A stretch of 64,000 bases of DNA, from NCBI GenBank assembly GCA_964016885.1, contig CAXHJY010001340.1, positions 18,528 through 82,527 on the forward strand, written 5' to 3'. The translations under genes were made by a program, and so were the position numbers. This document shows, one piece after another, positions 53,966 through 64,000 of this stretch (position 1 is its first letter; the number at the start of each line of letters is the position of its first letter). This stretch comes from Eledone cirrhosa (lineage: Eukaryota). A model generated the notes under the pieces. The model saw only the letters and a program-made list of their open reading frames with translations. It searched no databases and was not told where the DNA came from.

Positions 53966-56125
53966 TGTGATGTCATTGGAGAGATGTGATGTCATTGGAG
54001 AGAAGTGTATCCGGAATGATAAAGGTGAGCTTGCCCTCACAAGTGCTGAGAAGAAAGATGCATGGAAGAGTCATTATGATAGATTACTAAATGAGGAGAA
54101 TGCATGGGAAGAAGAGACCCTACCCCACGTAGACCCTATAGAGGGACCAGCAGTACAAGTCAGCGGCAGCGTAGTAAGTAAGGCAATCAGAGATATGAAG
54201 ATAGGGAAGGCAACCGGTCCATCGGGTATAGCTGCCGAGATGCTGAAGGCATCTGGGTCTGTAGGTCACACTATAACCACACGTATCGTTAACCAGGTAA
54301 TACTAGAGGGGGCCATACCAAAAGATTGGTGCAGTAGCATCATTGTCAACTGCTACAAAGGTAAAGGCGATGCACTAGATAGAGGAGACTATAGAGGTAT
54401 AAAGTTGATGGACCAGGTCATGAAAGTAACAGAAAGAGTTATAGCACAGCTGATTAGGGACCGGGTGAATATAGACGAGATGCAATTTGGGTTTGTACCA
54501 GGGAAAGGCACCACTGATGCGCTCTTCCTTGTGAGGCAATTACAGGAAAAGTACCTAGCTAAAAGTAAGCCACTCTACTTGGCATTTGTCGACCTTGAGA
54601 AAGCCTTTGACAGAGTTCCACGTGCAGTAATCTGGTGGGCTCTTAGAAAACTAGGAGTAGATGAATGGCTTGTGAAAGCGGTACAAGCCATGTATAGGGG
54701 AGCAGTCAGCAAAGTTAGGATTGGCAATGAGTATAGCGAGGAATTTAGCGTACAGGTTGGGGTCCACCAGGGCTCTGTTCTTAGCCCTCTCCTGTTCATC
54801 ATAGTCCTGCAGGCAATAACGGAGGAGTTTAAGACCGGATGCCCATGGGAACTCCTGTATGCTGATGACCTCGCACTCATAGCTGAATCTATGGTAGAAC
54901 TAGAGAATAAATTCCAAACCTGGAAGCAGGGACTAGAGAGAAAGGGCCTCAAAGTCAACATGACAAAGACTAAGGTCCTTATAAGTAGACGAGAAAACAG
55001 AACCCAGATCCCCTCAGGGAAATGGCCTTGCTCAGTATGTAGGAAAGGTGTAGGTAGGAACTCCATTCTTTGCCCCAAATGCAAACAATGGGTACACAAG
55101 AGATGTAGCGGGATCTCAGGAAGCTTAATTAAGAATGTAGGATTCACATGCAGCAGCTGTGCTGAAACAGCAAGCAAACAGCCACAGGAAACAAGTACCA
55201 CCAATCTCTGGGAGGGCCCTGTAGAAACAGTAGACAGCTTCTGCTACCTAGGTGACCGAATTAGCAACGGAGGTGGGTGCTCAGAAAGTACAATAACTAG
55301 GGTAAGAACGGGATGGAAGAAGTTTAGGGAACTACTACCACTGCTAGCTGCAAAAGGCTTCTCCCTCAGAATGAAAGGCAGACTGTATGATGCGTGTATC
55401 CGAACAGCGATGTTGCATGGTAGTGAGACCTAGGCGCTGAAGGTGGAAGACCTACGTAGATTAGAGAGAAACGAAGCCTGCATGCTCCGATGGATGTGTA
55501 ACAGTAATATACGTGAACGACAAAGCATAAATGAATTGAGAGAGAGACTGAGCATAAGAGGAATCAAATGCTGCGTGCAGGAGAGGCGGTTACGCTGGTA
55601 TGGACATGTGATGCGTATGAAGGATGACAGCTGCATAAAAAGGTGCAGAGCACTAGAAGTTGATGGAAACCGCGGAGTGGGGAGACCCAAGATGACTTGG
55701 GATGAGGTGATAAAAGCCGACCTTACCCAACTACACCTCTCAAAGTCAATGACACACGACCGTGACTTCTGGCGTCACGCAGTAATACAGGGTACCCGAC
55801 CTCCCATGGGTACATGCTGAAGCATATAAACAATATGCCCCTCCCCCCCCCACCGCAAGGTGGTCGTGGAGGTGCCACGGCAAAAAAGCACCCAGCCCAC
55901 ACTGTAAAGTGGACGTGTAGGCGCCACGAAAAAGCACCCAGCACTCACTGTAAATGAGGTTGGTGTTAGGAAGGGCATCCAGCTGTAGAAATCAAGCCAG
56001 ATCAGTTCCTGTATGAGCAAGGCATGGTCAGCCGACCAGACACTGCCCACAACAGGACAACCCGTCTAACCCATGCTAGCGTGGAAGAACGGACGTAAAA
56101 CGGTGATGATGATGATGATGATGAT
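53966..56125 (+). mobile_element. 5'-truncated RTE family B copy with a premature stop
   Basis: RT frame interrupted by TAG at 55431-55433, where the sister copy has TGG; (GAT)n tail. Confidence 0.92.
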
Positions 56126-56164
56126 TTATATATATATATATATTTATATATTTATATATATATT

Positions 56165-56249
<85 letters not shown>

Positions 56250-56302
56250 ATTTATATATTTATATATATATATATTTATATATATATATATATTTATATA
56301 TT

Positions 56303-56437
<135 letters not shown>

Positions 56438-56471
56438 ATATAATATATATATATATATTATATATATATAT

Positions 56472-56815
56472 GGAGGCACATGGCTTAGTGGTTAGAGCAT
56501 TGGCCTTGCAATCGAAAGGTTGTGAGTTCAATTCTCAGACCGGGTGATGTGTTGTTTCCTTGAGCAAGACACTTTATTTCACATTGCTCCAGTTTACTCA
56601 GCTGTAGAAATGAGATGATAGGGACTGGGGTCCCTATCATTCCACTGCAAAGTGGTCGTGGAGGTGCCACGGCAAAAAAGCACCCAGCACTCACTGTAAA
56701 TGAGGTTGGTGTTAGGAAGGGCATCCAGCTGTAGAAATCAAGCGAGAATCAGTTCCCGTCCCACCCTTGCAAGCAGGGAGAAGCGGACGTAAAATGAAAT
56801 GATGATGATGATGAT
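56472..56815 (+). mobile_element. tRNA/CORE-like SINE with an RTE family B-derived tail
   Basis: Head matches 15865-16000; 56652-56745 matches the RTE-B 3' UTR; (GAT)n tail; TA arrays on both sides. Confidence 0.85.
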
Positions 56816-56820
56816 ATATT

Positions 56821-56935
<115 letters not shown>

Positions 56936-56938
56936 ATT

Positions 56939-56993
<55 letters not shown>

Positions 56994-56996
56994 ATT

Positions 56997-57049
<53 letters not shown>

Positions 57050-57200
57050 ATCATCATCATCAGGTTTAGCGTCCGTGTTCCACGCTTGCATGGGTTTGGA
57101 CGGGGGTTTTCCCACTTGAGGCAAGAGTGGTTGTCTTGCTCGCATAGGACTGTCTGGCGGGTTTTCTACAGTTGGATGCCCTTCCTAACACCAACCACAT
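57050..57200 (-). mobile_element. RTE family A-like 3' tail
   Basis: Reverse complement of about 53770-53920. Confidence 0.85.
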
Positions 57201-57203
57201 ATT

Positions 57204-57234
<31 letters not shown>

Positions 57235-57253
57235 ATTTATATATATATATATT

Positions 57254-57334
<81 letters not shown>

Positions 57335-57361
57335 ATTTATATATTTATATATATATATATT

Positions 57362-57536
<175 letters not shown>

Positions 57537-57565
57537 ATATTTATATATATATTTATATATATATT

Positions 57566-57598
<33 letters not shown>

Positions 57599-57613
57599 AT
57601 TTATATATATATT

Positions 57614-57644
<31 letters not shown>

Positions 57645-57693
57645 ATTTATATATATATATATTTATATATATATATATATTTATATATATATT

Positions 57694-57762
<69 letters not shown>

Positions 57763-57775
57763 TTATATATATATT

Positions 57776-57901
<126 letters not shown>

Positions 57902-57963
57902 TATATATATATATTTATATATATATATATTTATATATATATATATTTATATATATATATATT

Positions 57964-58012
<49 letters not shown>

Positions 58013-58027
58013 ATATTTATATATATA

Positions 58028-59837
58028 TAAAAGATTGGTGCAGTAGCATCATTGTCAACTGCTACAAAGGTAAAGGCGATGCACTAGATAGAGGAAACTA
58101 TAGAGGTATAAAGTTGATGGACCAGGTCATGAAAGTAACAGAAAGAGTTATAGCACAGCTGATTAGGGACCGGGTGAATATAGACGAGATGCAATTTGGG
58201 TTTGTTCCAGGGAAAGGCACCACTGATGCGCTCTTCCTTGTGAGGCAATTACAGGAAAAGTACCTAGCTAAAAGTAAGCCACTCTACTTGGCATTTGTCG
58301 ACCTTGAGAAAGCCTTTGACAGAGTTCCACGTGCAGTAATCTGGTGGGCTCTTAGAAAACTAGGAGTAGATGAATGGCTTGTGAAAGCGGTACAAGCCAT
58401 GTATAGGGGAGCAGTCAGCAAAGTTAGGATTGGCAATGAGTATAGCGAGGAATTTAGCGTACAGGTTGGGGTCCACCAGGGCTCTGTTCTTAGCCCTCTC
58501 CTGTTCATCATAGTCCTGCAGGCAATAACGGAGGAGTTTAAGACCGGATGCCCATGGGAACTCCTGTATGCTGATGACCTCGCACTCATAGCTGAATCTA
58601 TGGTAGAACTAGAGAATAAATTCCAAACCTGGAAGCAGGGACTAGAGAGAAAGGGCCTCAAAGTCAACATGACAAAGACTAAGGTCCTTATAAGTAGACG
58701 AGAAAACAGAACCCAGATCCCCTCAGGGAAATGGCCTTGCTCAGTATGTAGGAAAGGTGTAGGTAGGAACTCCATTCTTTGCCCCAAATGCAAACAATGG
58801 GTACACAAGAGATGTAGCGGGATCTCAGGAAGCTTAATTAAGAATGTAGGATTCACATGCAGCAGCTGTGCTGAAACAGCAAGCAAACAGCCACAGGAAA
58901 CAAGTACCACCAATCTCTGGGAGGGCCCTGTAGAAACAGTAGACAGCTTCTGCTACCTAGGTGACCGAATTAGCAACGGAGGTGGGTGCTCAGAAAGTAC
59001 AATAACTAGGGTAAGAACGGGATGGAAGAAGTTTAGGGAACTACTACCACTGCTAGCTGCAAAAGGCTTCTCCCTCAGAATGAAAGGCAGACTGTATGAT
59101 GCGTGTATCCGAACAGCGATGTTGCATGGTAGTGAGACCTGGGCGCTGAAGGTGGAAGACTTACGTAGATTAGAGAGAAACGAAGCCTGCATGCTCCGAT
59201 GGATGTGTAACAGTAATATACGTGAACGACAAAGCATAAATGAATTGAGAGAGAGACTGAGCATAAGAGGAATCAAATGCTGCGTGCAGGAGAGGCGGTT
59301 ACGCTGGTATGGACATGTGATGCGTATGAAGGATGACAGCTGCATAAAAAGGTGCAGAGCACTAGAAGTTGATGGAAACCGCGGAGTGGGGAGACCCAAG
59401 ATGACTTGGGATGAGGTGATAAAAGCCGAGCTTACCCAACTACACCTCTCAAAGTCAATGACACACGACCGTGACTTCTGGCGTCACGCAGTAATACAGG
59501 GTACCCGACCTCCCATGGGTACATGCTGAAGCATATAAACAATATGCCCCCCCCCCCCCCCCCACCGCAAGGTGGCCGTGGAGGTGCCACGGCAAAAAAG
59601 CACCCAGCCCACACTGTAAAGTGGACGTGTAGGCGCCACGAAAAAGCACCCAGCACTCACTGTAAATGAGGTTGGTGTTAGGAAGGGCATCCAGCTGTAG
59701 AAATCAAGCCAGATCAGTTCCTGTATGAGCAAGGCATGGTCAGCCGACCAGACACTGCCCACAACAGGACAACCCGTCTAACCCATGCTAGCGTGGAAGA
59801 ACGGACGTAAAACGGTGATGATGATGATGATGATGAT
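58028..59837 (+). mobile_element. 5'-truncated RTE family B copy (RT frame open to 59529)
   Basis: Near-identical to 54320-56125. Confidence 0.92.
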
Positions 59838-59870
59838 ATTTATATATATATATATATTTATATATATATT

Positions 59871-60111
<241 letters not shown>

Positions 60112-60435
60112 ATTTATATATATATATATTTATATATATATAAAAACAAATAACGAAACGAAATTAAATTTCGTTTCGTTTGTAACTCACTTTTGTATGA
60201 CTGACGCTTAAACAATTAAGTTAAAAATGTACATCTACATATGCATACTGAAATACTAGTGTGTATATGAATACACACACGTATACATATGTAGGTGTAA
60301 CAAGTCTTTCACTGGTTGCTTTACTGTGAGCAACCCAGCTATTCTGTATGTAAACACACAGACAAACCGGTTTTTAGAGTCATACTGGTTTTCGGGGGAA
60401 CACCTTCCCTCTATTCTCCAGAAAGCCAGACAAGG

Positions 60436-60480
60436 AATATTGAACTAGTTTCGTTGTTGTTACAACTCATCAGCAATATT
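60436..60480 (-). ncRNA. Type I hammerhead ribozyme (minus strand)
   Basis: aatattg CTGATGA gttgt-aaca-acaac GAAA ctag TT caatatt: perfect 7-bp stem I, 5-bp stem II, palindromic stem III. Confidence 0.88.
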
Positions 60481-60653
60481 TACCTATCTACCGGCCCTTC
60501 TGGAGAATTGTAAAAGCACATATCGTTATATGCTTTTTCTAATTTTTAATTTCTGCCTGACCAACAACCGCTCTGCATAATCAGCTCCTGATTATTTACT
60601 AGATTTCTATAAGAATATAACATCATTGATCTCAGTAGACAGGCGAGGTAGTT

Positions 60654-60697
60654 GGCCTTGATAAGCTTCAACAAAAGCGAAACATGTCATGTCGGCT
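60654..60697 (+). ncRNA. Type I hammerhead ribozyme, U3:A8 core variant (plus strand)
   Basis: ggcc TTGATAA gctt-caacaa-aagc GAAA cat-gtc-atg TC ggct; GUC cleavage triplet; stem I extended by 60626-60643/60705-60722. Confidence 0.75.
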
Positions 60698-60857
60698 TGT
60701 CTCCCCTGTTTGCTGAGATCAAAGTGAGTGAATTTGTCACTACTTTAAAACAATAGCTTACGGTCTTCAAAATGCTTTTAATTAAGCATAAAGTGTATTG
60801 CAAAATACGTTATATATACATCCATATATATATTGCTATTTCAGAGCTCCAATTCTA

Positions 60858-60901
<44 letters not shown>

Positions 60902-60938
60902 GTATATATATGTATATATATGTATATATATATGTATG

Positions 60939-60975
<37 letters not shown>

Positions 60976-61119
60976 GTATATATATATGTATGTATATATA
61001 TATGTATGTATATATATATGTATGTATATATATATATATGTATGTATATATATATATATATGTATGTATATATATATATATATATGTATGTATATATATA
61101 TGTATGTATATATATATAT

Positions 61120-62956
61120 ATCATCATCATCATCATCAACGTTTAACGTCCGTGTTCCACGCTTGCATGGGTTTGGACGGGGGTAGTCCCACTTGGGCAA
61201 GAGTGATTGTCTTGCTCGCATAGGACTGTCTGGCAGGTTTTCTACAGTTGGATGCCCTTCCTAACACCAACCACATTTACAGTGTGGGTCTGGGAGGTTT
61301 TTACCGTGTTGCCTACACGGCCACATTACAGCGTGGACTGTGTGTTTTTTTGTCGTGACACCTACACGATCTCATTTGTTTCGGCCTGGATGGCGCGGCA
61401 CCAACATAACTTTACATAGAACGGGGTGGTGTGGATGGGGTGGGGGTGGCGGCGGGAGGGGTGTATTTTGTTAGAGATGCCTACTGGCAAGGCGGGTCTT
61501 CTCTGTTACTGAGTACCGCCAAAGGTCACGGTCCAGTGACATTGTCTTGGAGAGGTGTAAGTGTGTGAGGTCGGAGTTTATCAGCTCATCCCATGTTTTT
61601 CTAGGTCTGCCTATTCCGTGGCTACCGTCTATCTTTATTGCCCTGCACTTTGTAATACAGCTATCGACTTTCATGCGCATCACGTGTCCATACCAACGCA
61701 GCCTTCTCTCGAGTAAACAACATCTGATCCCTCTTATCTCTAATTTTTTCCTTAGTTCGTTTATGCTTTGCCGTTCACGTATATTACTGTTACACATCCA
61801 GCGGAGCATGCAAGCTTCGTTCCTCTCTAGTCTGCGTATATCCTCTGCACACAATGCCCAGGTCTCACTACCATGCAACATTGCTGTTCGTATGCAGGCA
61901 TCGTACAACCTGCCTTTCATTTTTAGGGAGAACCCTTTAGCAGCTAATAGTGGTATAAGCTCTCTGAACTTTTTCCAACCAGTTCTGACTCTAGCTACAG
62001 TACTTTCAGAGCACCCTCCCCCACTGCTGATTTTATCGCCCAGGTAACGGAAGCTGTCCACTATTTCTATAGAACCCTCTGCGCAATTGAAAGAGCTAGT
62101 ATTTTGTGGGCACTTGCTGCTACTTATTGCACCAGAACACCGGCCACATGTAAAGTCTATGTTCTTAGTTAGCTTACCTGTGATCCCACTACATCTTTTA
62201 TGCACCCATACTTTGCATTTAGGACATAAGATGGAGTTTCTACCTACGCCTTTCCTACATACCGAGCACGACCATTTCCCAGAAGGGACCGCCGCCTTGT
62301 TTTCTTTCCTACAAACTAGAACTTTGGTCTTAGCCAGGTTAATTTTAAGTCCTTTTGACTCTAGGCCGTGCTTCCATGTTTGGAATTTCTTCTCTAGCTC
62401 GGCCATTGATTCCGCTATGAGTGTCAGGTCGTCTGCGTATAGGAGTTCCCATGGGCAGCCTGTCTTGAACTCCTCTGTTATAGCCTGAAGGGCAATAATA
62501 AATAGTAGGGGGCTGAGAACAGAGCCCTGATGGACGCCAACTTTTACGCTAAACTCTTCACTATATTCGTTGTTAATTCTAACCTTGCTGACTGTTTCTT
62601 TATACATGGCTTGTATAGCCCTCACAAGCCATTCGTCAACGCCTAGTTTTCTAAGAGCCCACCAGATAATGGAGCGGGGGACTCTGTCGAAGGCTTTCTC
62701 CAGGTCGACAAAAGCTAAGTAGAGGGGTTTACCTTTAGCTAGGTACTTCTCCTGTAGTTGTCGTACTATGAAAAGAGCGTCTGTGGTGCTTTTGCCTGAC
62801 ACAAACCCGAACTGCATTTCATCTAGATCAATTCTCTCTCTGATTAGTTGCGCTATTACTTTTTCCGTGACCTTCATGACCTGGTCGATTAATTTAATGC
62901 CTCTATAGTTACTCCTATCTAGGGCGTCTCCTTTACCCTTATAACAGTTAACGATG
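61120..62956 (-). mobile_element. 5'-truncated RTE family A copy
   Basis: Near-identical reverse complement of about 52088-53930; RT frame open to the stop at 61471. Confidence 0.93.
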
Positions 62957-63044
62957 TATATATATATGTATATATATATGTATATATATATATATATGTA
63001 TATGTATATGTATATATGTATGTATATATATATATATATGTATG

Positions 63045-63091
<47 letters not shown>

Positions 63092-63212
63092 ATATATATA
63101 TATGTATGTATATATATATGTATATATATATGTATGTATATATATATGTATATATATATGTATATATATATGTATGTATATATATATGTATATATATATG
63201 TATATATATATG

Positions 63213-63268
<56 letters not shown>

Positions 63269-63408
63269 TATGTATGTATATATATATATATATATGTATG
63301 TATATATATATGTATGTATATATATATATGTATATATATATGTATATATATATATATATATGTATATGTATATGTATATATGTATGTATATATATATATA
63401 TATGTATG

Positions 63409-63481
<73 letters not shown>

Positions 63482-63570
63482 GTATGTATATATATATATA
63501 TGTATGTATATATATATGTATATATATGTATATATATATGTATATATATATATATATGTATATATATATG

Positions 63571-63623
<53 letters not shown>

Positions 63624-63744
63624 GTATGTATATATATATGTATATATATATGTATATATATATGTATATATATATGTATATATATATATGTATATATATA
63701 TGTATATATATATGTATATTATATATGTATATATATATATGTAT

Positions 63745-63799
<55 letters not shown>

Positions 63800-63869
63800 T
63801 GTATGTATATATGTATATATATATATATGTATGTATATATATATATGTATGTATATATATATATGTATG

Positions 63870-63955
<86 letters not shown>

Positions 63956-64000
63956 ATACATAATATATACATAGCATATATATATATATATAATATGTAT
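62957..64000. repeat. (TA)nTG interrupted microsatellite
   Basis: Seen directly. Confidence 0.95.

Larger units (their letters stand above)
60142..60860. other. Structured non-coding element with hammerheads on both strands
   Basis: Several hairpins, two hammerhead cores, no credible ORF, (TA)n on both sides. Confidence 0.75.

Overview
AT-rich, repeat-dense animal genomic DNA. The repeat inventory (Meta- and CORE-type tRNA SINEs, RTE and CR1 LINEs, Penelope-like elements, very long (TA)n arrays) suggests a mollusc, probably an octopus; this is inference. Two spliced host genes lie on the + strand. The first is the last three coding exons and 3' UTR of an unidentified single-pass membrane protein (5930-9274). 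The second is a GTF3C6 (TFIIIC subunit 6) homologue (about 18.4-33.2 kb); its second intron holds a 7.9-kb 61-bp satellite built from the coding 3' end of a CR1/L2 LINE. From about 33.3 kb to the end the window is a stack of (TA)n arrays interleaved with young retroelements: one intact RTE LINE with a PHD-like finger inside its RT, truncated RTE copies of two families, two Penelope-like elements (one scrambled) and a 528-bp tandem array. Several type I hammerhead ribozyme motifs are visible by eye. The most striking feature is a non-coding, highly structured element of about 700 bp (60142-60860) with two different hammerheads on opposite strands, a viroid-like arrangement. All calls are from manual reading and pairing; no searches or folding programs were run, and repeat boundaries are approximate.
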